From the NCBI GenBank assembly GCA_963709405.1, contig CAVPXM010000065.1, positions 1-60,508 on the forward strand: 60,508 bases of DNA. Reading direction: 5' to 3'. This document shows, one piece after another, positions 22,509 through 34,549 of the stretch (its first letter is position 1; each line of letters starts with the position of its first letter). A program made the translations under genes and the position numbers. Source of the stretch: an uncultured Nitrososphaerales archaeon (lineage in GTDB: Archaea; Thermoproteota; Nitrososphaeria; Nitrososphaerales; Nitrososphaeraceae). The notes beneath the pieces were generated by a model that saw nothing but the letters and a program-made list of their open reading frames with translations, did no database searches and was not told the origin of the DNA.

Positions 22509-23374
22509 ATGGGATTATGCAAAAGGTAACAATTAGCAATAATCGAGTTTGGTTTTTCGCAGAACGAACCTTAGTATACTCATTAATTGCAATTTTATTA
22601 TTCATAACTTTGTCTCCGCTTGTTTGGGTGTTTTCAACATCATTTAAGCCGAATGAAGAGTCTATAAGCTTCCCACCAAAATTTCTACCAGAAAATATAA
22701 CCTTTGATAATTACAAATTTGTGTTAACTGATCCAGGTCTAGTACGTAGTATTATCAATAGCTTCATAGTTAGCATAGGCAGCACAGCATTGAGTGTTGC
22801 GGTAAGTGCTTTGGGAGGATATGCATTCGCCAGATTTGAGTTCAAAGCAAAGAATTTGATTATGAGTGTGATATTGGGTCTCTTCATGATACCAGTGGTT
22901 ATAAACATAATTCCATTGTATACAATGCTATCCAGCGTTGGTATGCTCAACTCATCTTTGGCTTTGATATTCACCTTTCAGATCCTGATAATACCATTGA
23001 ACATACTTTTGTTGAAAAGTTACTTTGAAACTATACCAAAAGATCTTGAAGAGTCTGCATTGATCGATGGTTGTTCTAGGTTGGGAGTATTGAGACGAAT
23101 TACCATACCTCTATCAATGCCTGGCTTTGCAATTGCGGCAGTTTTGTCCTTCAGATTTTCCTGGAACGAATTCATACTTCCTATAGTATTAGCGAACAGA
23201 CCTGATTCGATGGTGTTCCAGGTTGCATTGTATCAATTTATTTCGTTATATAGAATAGAATGGGGATACCTAACTGCGGGCATAACTCTTGCCATTATCC
23301 CTGTATTGGTTTTGATGCTTGTATTCCAAAAACAAATGATTAGAGGTTTAACACTCGGTGCAATTAGAGAGTAA
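22505..23374 (+). CDS. Carbohydrate ABC transporter permease (MalG-like)
   Basis: IPKDLEESALIDG, FSWNEF, GLTLGAI. Confidence 0.93.
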   Translation: MNGIMQKVTISNNRVWFFAERTLVYSLIAILLFITLSPLVWVFSTSFKPNEESISFPPKFLPENITFDNYKFVLTDPGLVRSIINSFIVSIGSTALSVAVSALGGYAFARFEFKAKNLIMSVILGLFMIPVVINIIPLYTMLSSVGMLNSSLALIFTFQILIIPLNILLLKSYFETIPKDLEESALIDGCSRLGVLRRITIPLSMPGFAIAAVLSFRFSWNEFILPIVLANRPDSMVFQVALYQFISLYRIEWGYLTAGITLAIIPVLVLMLVFQKQMIRGLTLGAIRE

Positions 23375-23488
23375 TTGTCATTACGTCTAATATGCATACC
23401 AGTCAATACAAGTCTAATGCGAAGAAGACTCCGCAAATCATGTATTCTATTTGGTAATGTATTATTATTTCATAATGTAATACACCTA

Positions 23489-24742
23489 CTAAAATCCCGC
23501 CCTTATGGGATCAAGTGGCTTCATTAATTCCCTAAGTAATATGGTGGCATATGAGCCTGCTGATAGTTTAAATGATAAAATTAATGAGTTGAGATAATGA
23601 AAATCTCTACACAAAAGAGGTGCCTGCCTAAATCCTCCTTGAGCACTTAGTTCTTCCATCTCGCTGACATAAAAGTCTCGTGGAGAAACGCTTTCGTCTT
23701 TTAGAATATTTGCTGTGATTGTTTCAAACCTTCCTCTGCCTGGTTGGAATGTATAACCGACTAATCTAATAGCTGGAACAATATCTGATCCAATATCAAT
23801 AGATGGGTTAAATTTTCTTATCTTGCCAAATGAGTCATTGCCTTCTAACTCGAAACATAAATCTCCGTTTTTAGGAACGGAGAGATCCTCCCCGTTCATA
23901 AGTGCATTACTTAAGCATTTATTGAAAAGGTATGCCTGATATGCCTGAACAAACAGTCTACGAATTGGTATAGGGATAGATCTAAGCGCAGTTATTGACT
24001 CTTTCCCTTTTACTAATGCTGATAACACCAAAAGTTCTATATCCATCCATTTCGGCAACTGTTTGTAAATGTGCGAGTAGTTTGTTGGATCTCGGAGCTT
24101 ATTTCTAATTTCCTTGCTAACTGCGGAGTCGTATTCCGTAGTATAAGACAATAACAGATCTGTAGCTTTTCTGAAATTTCGTTTGACAATTTCTTTTCCA
24201 ACTAAATGGGTTACCAATCTTTCCCTTCCAAATCTTTGCAATCCATAAAAATTAGCAATATTTTTTATTTCTGGGATGAATGAGGAAATATCTGAAAATT
24301 GTGGTTTTTGAACTGTAACGACAAATTCGTTTCCGCAAAGCAAGGACTTTTTCAATGGTACTCTGCTGAAGCCTAAAAGAGTTATTGTAGTATTTTGTGT
24401 CTTCGCCACTTTGGGTAACTTCTTTGTTTGCTCAGAACTTACATATTGAGTTGAATATGATTTGGCGTCCTTAATTCCCATGATCTTTAATCTTAGCCCT
24501 AATTTCATCTTAATTTCAATTAGGGCGTGATTTGAATCTATATTGTTTTTTTCTAGAATGTAAATTGGATATCTATTGACCCCATCTTGAATAGATGACA
24601 ATCTATCGAGAAATTGTTTATCTACTATTTCGAATACTTTGAAATCTTTGTTACTATTTTTTATCGAACCGCCGATCCCACTAAATTTTGTACAGTAAAA
24701 TTGTATTCCGGCTAGTTTATCGATCTCTGGAGAATTTAGCAC
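23489..24742 (-). CDS. truD: tRNA pseudouridine(13) synthase
   Basis: GIKDA, NFYGLQRFG, LFVQAYQAYLFN, GSYATILLREL. Confidence 0.93.
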   Translation of the reverse strand: MLNSPEIDKLAGIQFYCTKFSGIGGSIKNSNKDFKVFEIVDKQFLDRLSSIQDGVNRYPIYILEKNNIDSNHALIEIKMKLGLRLKIMGIKDAKSYSTQYVSSEQTKKLPKVAKTQNTTITLLGFSRVPLKKSLLCGNEFVVTVQKPQFSDISSFIPEIKNIANFYGLQRFGRERLVTHLVGKEIVKRNFRKATDLLLSYTTEYDSAVSKEIRNKLRDPTNYSHIYKQLPKWMDIELLVLSALVKGKESITALRSIPIPIRRLFVQAYQAYLFNKCLSNALMNGEDLSVPKNGDLCFELEGNDSFGKIRKFNPSIDIGSDIVPAIRLVGYTFQPGRGRFETITANILKDESVSPRDFYVSEMEELSAQGGFRQAPLLCRDFHYLNSLILSFKLSAGSYATILLRELMKPLDPIRAGF

Positions 24743-24896
24743 TACAAATATTTGTTAGTGAAACCACATAAAAAAGTACTAACGAGACAGTTTAAAAAAT
24801 AATGTGTACGGCTAATCTTGTAATTGAATCACTATGTGAATTTGCTTTTAGGACAAGTTGATTTGTTGATTTGCCATCTGGGAATAGCAAACCATT

Positions 24897-26024
24897 CTAT
24901 TCGAATATTTCGTCTTTAGAACCCTTTTTAGTGCTCTTTTTTGCATCTTCTATATCATCAGTGCCTCTTTCATTTACAGTAAATCTTGCATCTGAATAAG
25001 GATGATAGGGTGAATCTATCATCTTTGCTATTCTGTTCTCACCTGATTTTCGAAGATAAATTCTATAGGTTGAAGCATGTCCTAAAACATTTCCACCGGC
25101 TGCTTTTGTGGGATCTCCAAAAAAGGTATCTGGTGATGATTGAACCTGGTTAGTTATGACTATGGCAACATTATATATCTCTGAAAGTCTTATTAGTTTA
25201 TGTAAAATCGAATTAAGTCGTTGTTGTCTATCAGCCAAAGTTCCCCTACCAGAAAATTCTGCTCTATGGAGGGAAATTATGCTGTCTATTATAATCAATT
25301 TAGCCTTAAAATCATTGATATATTTACCTAAGTCTTTTATTATTAATTCTAAGTGTGAACTATTGTACACTTTGCATACTGCCACACTTTTTAGTACGTG
25401 TGTTGGATCAAAACCTCTTGCTCTAGCTATCTGATTTAATCTTTCTGGTCTAAATGTTCCCTCAGTATCTATATAGATTACATTACTATCTAGTCCAGCT
25501 GATTCTATAGGTTGCCTAGCTATCGCACACAAGGTGTGACATATTTGTGATTTACCTGAACCAAACTCTCCATAGAATTCGGTGACTGCTTGCGTCTCAA
25601 TTCCTCCTAATAGCAACTCATCTAGAACTTTGGAACCGGTAGAACAGCGCAACATAGACCTTCGTTTTTCAAGAGCTACATCAGCAGTTATGAATTCCTT
25701 CTCCAAGACATTAGAATCTCTCAATAATTTTTGTGCAGCCATTATGAAAGCTGCCGCACTATCCTTCGAGGCATTAATTTCTACGGCTAACTCATCTGCA
25801 CTTGTCACTGCTAAATCCATCACTGAGATAATGCCAGCTTCTTTCAATTTTTTTGCTGTTGTAGGGCCAATTCCTTCAATGTCTTGAATCTCCAGATCAA
25901 GTGCTGGAGATTCTGAACTCGAATCCATCCTTATGCCATCATCATTAACATTATTGCTATTATCAAGTTCGTTTTCAATATGTGATTTCTTATCTACCAT
26001 TGTCGTCTGTATTGTTACATACAT
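24897..26024 (-). CDS. radA: DNA repair and recombination protein RadA (start may be ATG 26000)
   Basis: HhH IEGIGPTTAKKL, GEFGSGKSQ, YIDTEGTFRPER, GGNVLGHAST. Confidence 0.97.
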   Translation of the reverse strand: MYVTIQTTMVDKKSHIENELDNSNNVNDDGIRMDSSSESPALDLEIQDIEGIGPTTAKKLKEAGIISVMDLAVTSADELAVEINASKDSAAAFIMAAQKLLRDSNVLEKEFITADVALEKRRSMLRCSTGSKVLDELLLGGIETQAVTEFYGEFGSGKSQICHTLCAIARQPIESAGLDSNVIYIDTEGTFRPERLNQIARARGFDPTHVLKSVAVCKVYNSSHLELIIKDLGKYINDFKAKLIIIDSIISLHRAEFSGRGTLADRQQRLNSILHKLIRLSEIYNVAIVITNQVQSSPDTFFGDPTKAAGGNVLGHASTYRIYLRKSGENRIAKMIDSPYHPYSDARFTVNERGTDDIEDAKKSTKKGSKDEIFE

Positions 26025-26283
26025 GTACTAGTATTAATAATATGGGCACTAACTGGGGGAGGGAGAGTATTGTGCTGTACAATCTATCGTGAATCGGCAA
26101 AGATCTCCTTGGCAAATGTAGTTTCGGGAATGTTTGGAGGAGGGACTGTAAGTGCTACCATCACTATGCATACATATTACTGACTAAAAATCCTTAAATT
26201 ATAATTGCTATTGAATAGAAGACTAGATATACAAAAAATATACAAGTCCACTAATTAGATAAAAAAAGACTGGAATTAGATAA

Positions 26284-26512
26284 AGCGAACAAAATCATCA
26301 GTTCAAAGGCATGTAGTACAATATCTGATTACATTTCATTCTACAGATGGATCGGCTTTGTAGAAAACATTCATTTGAACTAGTCAAAGCTTTCTAGGAG
26401 CGTAAATGCAATATAGATATTGAATCGATCCAGAAATGAATTAATGCTCGAGGAGAATTACAAATTCCCTATCCAGACACAATCGGGTTTGGGATCTTGT
26501 CATATCCTCGCT
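26284..26512 (+). ncRNA. Candidate structured RNA or leader upstream of the MFS gene
   Basis: Stems atgtagt/attacat, tctacag/ttgtaga, attcattt/aaatgaat, caata/tattg; closing agcga/tcgct. Confidence 0.35.
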
Positions 26513-26568
26513 ATATGCAACTCGTAATCCGAAATACGTATGACCAACTCTCCCCTTACTTATTTCCT

Positions 26569-28192
26569 ATGGAGGGGCAAGGAGGACAAGAAAAGAGTTC
26601 CGCGTCAGGTTTGAGTCCACTTCGAGATAGCCTGTATAGAGCTCTGTGGATCGCTGCCCTCTTTTCATATATCGGTGCAGCAATGTATGATGTTGGGGCA
26701 TCATGGCTAATGACTTCGCTTGCTCCAAATCCTTTATTCGTTTCTCTCATTACCACAGCAAGTACTCTACCAATTTTTCTCTTCGCATTACCATCTGGAG
26801 TATTATCTGACATTTTTGACCGGCGCAATGTACTCCTTATTACATGCGCATACATGTTTACAATGTCTATAATTCTAGGGATGCTCACACTTCTAGGCAT
26901 AACTACCCCTTCTTTACTGTTGATACTTACTTTTGCACTGGGAACAGGTACAACTATGATTAGGACTCCTATTATTCCTACCATGAGTGCACTAGTATCA
27001 AGATCTGAATTGCCCGCAGCTCTTACTCTTAGTGCTGTAGCAAGTAACATTGGTCGTGTGGTTGGCCTTATGGCTGGTGGTTTTATTGTAGCTGCAGTCG
27101 CACCTTCTGCCACATTTTTTCTTGATTCAGCCTCATTTATTGTTTTGATCCTGGTTCTGAGTAAATTGCCAAGAAGGTCTCAAGTCCAAACTTCGCTGCC
27201 ACCGGAGAATATAATTGCTGCCATTCGAGCTCAGATACGTTATGTGCACCATTCTCAAGCAGCACATGTACTAATGATTCGTGCAGGTTTGTTCACATTA
27301 TGTAGCAGTGCATTATTATCTCTCCTGCCACTTCTAGCGAGACAAGAACTAAGGCTTGATTCCACAGGTTTTGGGCTGCTATTAGGATCCTTTGGTACGG
27401 GAGCAATAATTGCTGGACTTGTTATTTTGCCGAAATTGCAACCTAGAGTCTCGGTAGAATCTCTTATCACAGGTTCTATTGTTCTCCTTGGCAGCGGTAA
27501 TATTCACGATGGGATATCTACGAGATTTTGGTACTCTTTGTATAGTCATGGGAGCAGGAGGAGTAGCTTACATTACCATTTTATCAAGATTTTATACGAT
27601 TGGAATGAAATCTGCGCCAAAGTGGATTGGAGCCAGAGTATTAGCAGTTTATCTGCTAATACTAAATGGTGGTTTGGCTGTTGGAAGTGTGATATGGGGT
27701 ACAATAGCTCACACAATTGGGATTCCAATTACCCTTTCAGTAGCTTCATTAGCCTTAGCTGCGACTATTATCGCTAGAAAGCGTTACAGCACTACTCTTG
27801 TGGATGATCTTGATTTCACACCAGCAGGCAGTGACTACTGGTCACTTCCTCCGCAGCTCCCTGTTGACACTACAAGCAGTGAAGGTCAAGCCCTAATAAC
27901 AATCGAGTATAAGGTTGACCCAGAATTATCTGAAGAATTCGAGCAGAATATGAGTGAGTTAGGACGTACTCTCAAGAGCGAGGGGATGGCCTATTGGGAA
28001 TTATTCCAAGACCCGGCAGATATTGGTCACTATCTCGAGATCAGAATTGCTGATACCTGGACTGACCATATGCGTCAGCATGAACGAGTCACCAAAAACG
28101 TTCAGATTATGGAAGATAGAATCCGAACACTTCTCAAAGATGGTCCAGAACCGATCGTCTCCCATTATATTGGAAAATCTGCATCCCAATAA
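26569..28192 (+). CDS. MFS transporter (MFS_3-type) with C-terminal ferredoxin-like domain (1-nt frameshift near 27490)
   Basis: LPIFLFALPSGVLSDIFDRR; C-terminal WELFQDPAD...TWTDHMRQHERVT. Confidence 0.9.
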
Positions 28193-28525
28193 TATGCTGC
28201 AATCTTTTGCACGAACCTATCGGCTTTGGCAACAAATGAGGCCCTTGTCGGCCGCCTTCTACATTTTAATAGAATGAAATGTATAATCCCTTAAAGTTTT
28301 GATCCTCTCTTGATATAACATTCCATTCGCATATACTTAATACTTCACAACGTCTTGCACCTTAACATTATACGGCTAGTCTTTGTAGGTTTAACGGCAG
28401 CCATTGAATAGCAGAAAAGGCAGTGTACAATTCGTTCCCACGGATCCGGAACAATCATGTTCTACTAATATTGTATATTGTGATCTCGAGCTATATATAG
28501 CGGCAAAAAATATAATCATTAGATC

Positions 28526-28912
28526 TCAATAGAAGCAGCCAAGAAAACTAGACAGCGAGATCGCGCTTACCCATCCCGGAAGGTAATGCGATTTAACGGA
28601 TTCGTAGGCCGCTACGACTGACTAGGTTATCATATAGATCATCGGAAAGGAAGAATCGAAGGAATTTATAGCGCTCAAATAACCTATAGCAAGCCTGCAA
28701 ATCATTATAGTGAATGCATTTATGGTTTAACCTCGAGGCCGATGGTTGCTGTAAAAAGAGAGTGGGACGGTAATCATTACGGACCCTTGGTACATAGAAA
28801 GTCGTCCTGACAATCTCTTAAGGCTTTGTCAACGAGATCGCCCCAACTAGGTGATTAGTACTTATTTTCGCTGCTGAAGGAAAGGTCTTGGATCGAAAAC
28901 CACCCTTATTGA
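28526..28912 (+). ncRNA. Candidate large (about 390 nt) multi-domain structured RNA
   Basis: Three nested closing helices around six hairpin domains; TATATATA at 28492-28499. Confidence 0.55.
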
Positions 28913-28999
28913 ACTTATTTTCCCATCATCGACTTGAAACAACTCACATACCATTCGCTAATTTTTATTAAAAATGTTTGAACCGCTCTTACCATAATT

Positions 29000-29640
29000 C
29001 CGTTATTAAGACTAAGTAACAAAAATTCATGCTGTCATCCATAATTGCTTTTAGTTCTTCATACTTGGGAATTTTGTGCTCTTTCGGCCGCGCAAATTTG
29101 ATCGTGTAATTATCATTTCAGTTTATCTTTTGAGTGCCTCTTTTAACTCGCCATTTTCTTGCATTAATAATTGATATGAATCTGTACCGTCAGTAGATGC
29201 ATCATAATGTTGACTTATCCTTCTACACATGCTACTTTTTTTACTAAATTTTCTCATTTATCGTCACATGAATCATTATCTCCTGTGCTATGAGTAAGAC
29301 GTAATGTACTGCCATTGCTATTATCCGCAGGATTTACATTATTGTCGGTTTTTAGTTCGGCACTATCCTTGCTATCTCTCTATCTCAAAAGTGGAGGCAG
29401 TTCACTTTTAACTGTATATTTTTGCTTATACTCTGAAGGAAGGCACTCTTCGATTCATTTTTCGGCGATTTTATGCTTCCCTGACTTGAACTCTGCTTAT
29501 AAGTACCTTCTTGATGCAATTCTTATGTGCGTTGTGAATGTCCTTGCCAGCACCAAAATCCTATATTGTATTGTATCCAACGCTTGAAGGATTCACGAAA
29601 ATGATGAATATTTTCTATAACCTCTTCATTAGTCTCGCCA
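29000..29640 (-). pseudogene. Decayed hypothetical gene
   Basis: The minus frame gives KIAEK*IEECLPSEYKQKYTVKSEL with internal stops. Confidence 0.4.
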
Positions 29641-29667
29641 TAGATGCTTAACCTGAATCTAAAATCA

Positions 29668-30684
29668 TTATCTATATTCATCACCACAATCTCCAACTAT
29701 CTCAAACAAATTATTTGACTTTGTACATACGGCATCTATAGCATCATAATCAGACTTATCCAAACTAAGGTTGAATACCTGCATGTTATTGTTTATGTGA
29801 TCAGCTATCCCAAGTCTAACGCCGATAATAACTCCTGCTACTCTGGGTTTATCAAGAATATAGCGTGTTGCTACATTTGCGATGCTTACATTGTGCTTTT
29901 GTGCAATCGTGTTCAGAGTTGACAAAAGATCTTGGAACAAATTCCATCTGCCCCATGCATCTATCATCCGTTTGTATTTCCGTAAGCTTAGAGTGTTTAA
30001 CTCAGCCGACGATGGCTGTAATCTCCCCAGATAGCGCTCTGAGATCAACCCACCACAAATACTTCCATAGGCAAGAAGACTGATGTTATGCTTTAGGCAG
30101 AATGGTATCATTTTTACTTCTGGCCTTCGATCTATAATCGAATATTGAACCTGGTTCGAGACAATTTTTAGGTTTGAATCTGTCATGATTTGCATCCGCT
30201 CTGTGTCAAAATTTGTGAGACCAATCTGCTTGATAATTCCTTCATCCCTGAGGTCCGAAAGGTATCTGAGAGCATCCATGTAATATGGATTGTTATAATC
30301 CCACCAGTGGAATTGAAGCAAGTCCAGCGAGCTAACACTCATTCTACGAAGTGATCTTTCCACATTTTCTTTAACGATAGAACGTGTAATCCCACCCAGT
30401 TGCGGCACCCATTTTGTTAATGCTTGAATTTTATCAAGCTCTTCATTTCCCTTCAGTGTTAATAATCTTCGTCTGAACTCCCCAACAAAATCTTCTGCTG
30501 GGCCATAAATATCGGCTAAATCCCAACTCCTCAAACCTGCATTATGATATCTCATCATGTCCGCGATTGCTAATTCATGATCTATATGTCCATGTCCACC
30601 TGAGACTTGCCACATACCATTAAGTATTTTGCATATTATCAAATCAGGTGCTAGTTGGTAGTATTTTTTACTAATTTCCTTCAA
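29668..30684 (-). CDS. Aldo/keto reductase
   Basis: DLADIYGPAE, LDLLQFHWW, IGLTNFD, SNQVQYSIIDRR. Confidence 0.93.
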   Translation of the reverse strand: MKEISKKYYQLAPDLIICKILNGMWQVSGGHGHIDHELAIADMMRYHNAGLRSWDLADIYGPAEDFVGEFRRRLLTLKGNEELDKIQALTKWVPQLGGITRSIVKENVERSLRRMSVSSLDLLQFHWWDYNNPYYMDALRYLSDLRDEGIIKQIGLTNFDTERMQIMTDSNLKIVSNQVQYSIIDRRPEVKMIPFCLKHNISLLAYGSICGGLISERYLGRLQPSSAELNTLSLRKYKRMIDAWGRWNLFQDLLSTLNTIAQKHNVSIANVATRYILDKPRVAGVIIGVRLGIADHINNNMQVFNLSLDKSDYDAIDAVCTKSNNLFEIVGDCGDEYR

Positions 30685-30921
30685 TTTGTTTTCTCAATTT
30701 TATTCACCATAATCAAGCACAAAAATTTGACGCTAACCCTTAGATCATTAATTATAACAATGATGGCTAAAAATACTTGTACTTGATTTTACGATCCCGT
30801 ATGGTTAGCCCCATCTTTTAAGATTAAAGTACAGCCTCCTTCCGATACTCGCCAAATGCTCTTACTTTTTCTTTTTCATAGTTTCTCACTAAAAGCTTGC
30901 AATAAGTTATCGTTCGAAATA

Positions 30922-31256
30922 GCTCTGCTAGGTCAGAGCAGTATCATGGGAATTTGGTGAATTTGAATCTCAGACGCATGTCTTTGTATTCAGTAATTTG
31001 TCAGAGCATTCTTTCATGGAATTATGGATGATCTTGACACTAGCGGATGATGCTTGGGCTCGCCTCGGCCTTACGTCATCTATGCACGTACAAGAGCCGT
31101 TAGGATCACCTCAAACATTTCATTTGTAGTAAGGACCAAATGAAGCATATTTTTTCAACATCTGGGTTCAGATCAGTCCAGATAAAGTCATAAATGACGC
31201 GTACCGTAGGAGATAATCTTAGATCCCGTAAGAGTTCAAACTCCTAAACTGTGGCG
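30922..31256 (+). ncRNA. Candidate structured RNA upstream of the integrase
   Basis: Consecutive stems gctctg/cagagc, tcttg+ggatgatg/cgtcatct+caaga, ttcatttg/caaatgaa, atctggg/tccagat, taggag+tctta/taaga+ctccta. Confidence 0.5.
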
Positions 31257-31399
31257 AATACTCTCTCAATTATTATGTGCTTAGATTTATTATATTTTAG
31301 GCTGATTGTAAGACTGGTAACTGCACTAGGTATGTTAAAGCATATTAAACAAACCATAAAAGTTATATTAACAGATTAACTCATTATGTATTAGTACGT

Positions 31400-32604
31400 A
31401 TGATTGGCCGAACCAAAGATGCTAGTGAGACTATAACGAAATTTTTGACTAGTGTACAACGTAACAGTTTGAAATCAAAATACGCATACGAAAGCGCACT
31501 TCACCATTTCCAAGTATTTTTAGATCAAAAATATTCTAGCCAGGATAATAAGATTGAAACCATTCTAAATCTATTATCAAGCGGTGAACTTAATGTTTAT
31601 GAATTGCTTGATGATTTCGTCGCAAACCTCATGTCCATTAATCCAGACCTCACCCCAACCAGTATAAGATTGTACGTCAGCTCCAGTAAGATCGTATTTG
31701 GCGTATTATGATATAGATGTTATTCCTTCTAAGTTCAGAAGGAAAGTAAGAATGCCAAAGATCTACCGTGAAGACGAAGAGCCTCTTGATGTTCAAGACA
31801 TTAGAAAAATTTTGCTCTCCTGTAACAATCGAAGGCTCAAGACATATCTTCTCGTTTTGGCTAGCAGCGGAATTAGAGCATCTGAAGGATTAGCTATTAG
31901 GCTTAAGGATATCGACTTTACTAGCAATCCAACGAAAATTCACATTAGAAAAGAATATACTAAGACACGAATTGCCAGAGATATTTATATTTCTGATGAG
32001 GCAACACAATATCTGAAACAGTGGCTAGACTGGAAATATCACAACCAAGAAAGGCCAAGAAAAGCTGATGAAGATGATCTAGTATTTACAATCTATAAAT
32101 CCAAGACTCCAAACGGTTTGTATTTTAAGTTACTTGTAGAATTTCAAAAATTACTAGCTATCGTGGGTTTAGATAAAAGAAAAGAAGGTGGCGTACAAAA
32201 AAAGAAGAAAAATAACTTTGCATTCCTTCAGGCGATTCGTGAAAACTGTAATTAGCGATCAAACAAATCAAGATTATTCAGAATGGTTTCTAGGTCACAG
32301 TAAATCTCCATACTATACAAAGAAAGAGAATGAAAGAAGACAGCTCTATGCCACAAAATGTATGAAGTATCTAACATTCTTAGATTACACAACGATAGAA
32401 GTAACAGGTAAAAATATTGAAGCTAAATTATCTGAGAAAGAAAAGGAGATTCAATTACTAAGACATCGTGATTCAATAAATACAGACGCAATTGCGGGTT
32501 TATCAGACCAGTTAGCAAAGGTAATGCAGGAGATAGAGGTGTTAAAGAGGCAGCCACAACCAGGGCAACAAATTCAAACAAGCAAGATTACTCTCCCCAG
32601 CTAG
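31400..32604 (+). CDS. Tyrosine recombinase/integrase (two frameshifts)
   Basis: SAM-like N-terminus, SSGIRASE (R), YTKT (K), HSFRR (HxxR), FLGH, Y; coiled-coil tail. Confidence 0.9.
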
Positions 32605-33210
32605 ACGCTAATAGCCCTGGATTATTGAAGTAACCTTAAATATCTCTAACCCGATACCATAGTCATATCAACTGATACAAAGATCAATATTAGACATGAT
32701 TTAGTGGAACAACACCTCGAGCATCTATTTTATAGGCAGTATACAGAACGTCTATAATATTCATTATGTCCGAATATGCCAGCTAAATTATCATCTTTAT
32801 TCCACAAGTATCCTCAAAGGAGATGAAAGTAAATGAGTGTTAGCTCGATGGATCATGGTAAAAAGTATAAAAGGCAGCGATTATTTTTCCGTGCTCCAAT
32901 TGTGGCTCCCATAATTTCATATCTTTTCAGAGAATCCAGATTAATAATCACAACTGCGTTCAAAAGGCAAAGTGTCAAATGCGAATGGTGCGAATTTGTA
33001 CATGCCAGAAAAACAACAATCGTTCTATCGATATTCTTCGGTATCATCAAAGAGATATACGAAAACGTCAAGACAAGATAAACGAACAATGTACTCGCTA
33101 CAATGAAAAATAATCACCATTATGATCAAAAGGCGTTCAAAAGTGAGTTTTCAATATCGTGACGACCGGAAAAAGTTACTGGTCGTTTCTCTTTCCTTAT
33201 ATAGCAGTTA

Positions 33211-34380
33211 TCAATATCCCTCTAATTTACATGCGCTGCCTTGTAAAGAAAAAAGATACTTTCGTATTGTCGCTGCTGTTATAAAAGGGCTAAATAACAG
33301 CACTACAAGACTAGAAGCAAAAATTGCCAAATAGTAGGTAGATGTGAAAGAGGCAATTGAAAGAGTAAATGAACCAAAGGTAGTGGTTGCAGATGGAAAA
33401 ATTATGCCAAAGATGTAATATGATGCGCAAGTTGGACAAGCTGTAAATAAACCAGCCACATACGCAATAGACTTCAAAAATGTATGGTAGCGCTCAGATC
33501 CTAATTTTGTAGTTGCAATCGTTCTTTTACTGTTAATGGATGCTATTGCAGCCAATAGCAGACTCTGAGTCTTAATGCAAAGATCGAAAACATTATGTTA
33601 AATCCTACCAATACAGAAACTGCTATGAGAATGAGTAAATTTATTGGAAATATGAATAGGCCTATATGATCGGTAATGTAAATTGATAAAGCGGGTGCAT
33701 AACCTACCGGGCCATACGTTATTGTTGTTACTGATGGTGTATTATCTATACCGTACAAGTATTTGAAGCTGTGAGATCTATATACTAATATACTGGAGAT
33801 CTGTGAGAATAGAATTCCGTAAATAATGGTTGCAATTAAGAAGATTCTAAAGTATCGCTTATTTCCAAAAGCCAATTGGACAAGAATAGACCAAGATGGT
33901 AATGACAACACTCTTCCTCAATTTCTTTTCAGAGTTTGTTATTGATGAGGAATTGTTATTGTTGTTGTTACCATCATAATTATTGTCATTATTTTCATGA
34001 CTACTACTACCATCGCTTTTCCTTTTGGTGGTATATCCATGGCCATTTGTGATCATTTCATGTTTGGCTGATGAAGGTGATGTTAATGATGGTAGTTGCG
34101 TTGATAAAAATGTAGTAATGATGGAAGCAAGCGTATTATGATTATTAATGCTACGATATAGCGGATTTGATATTAGTAGCCTGAAAAAGGCAATTGCAGT
34201 TGATGTAATTGCTATGAAGATAACAATATAGAAAAGGTAAGCTGTCTGCTGAATCCACATAGAATTCTGGCTTGTCCATATTTTAGGAAGAAGAGATGGA
34301 TAGACAAATATATCCACAATTATTACTGCAATTGCAGATACAATTAAAGACACAACTATAAATTTTAATTTTGACAGCAA
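33211..34380 (-). CDS. Polytopic membrane protein with CPTC motif, split into three ORFs
   Basis: Overlapping hydrophobic ORFs 33859..34380, 33543..33911 and 33211..33555; GLFTACPTCAS. Confidence 0.65.
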
Positions 34381-34549
34381 TCAAAACTCACTCCTGCATT
34401 GCATATGGGAATCGGTTTACATTCATCTCAAAAACCATTATTCTAAATATCAAGTAACAATGACAAAAAAATTAGAGGATTTATTATTTCCTTTCAATTT
34501 TTTGGCAAGTGTATTTATTTACTATATATTCATGCTATTGTATCTCTTT

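Noticed and set aside
26497-26568. TTG start for the MFS gene
   Set aside because: It overlaps the structured region; ATG 26569 fits the family start better.
28570-28590. SRP RNA helix 8 (cccggaagg)
   Set aside because: It lacks the CAGG...AGCA internal loop and the GC-rich SRP scaffold.
31222-31256. tRNA suggested by gttcaaa
   Set aside because: No cloverleaf, acceptor stem or proper T-stem.
33548-33553. Seventh GCWGC-adjacent frameshift
   Set aside because: Removing one base there does not restore the downstream frame.
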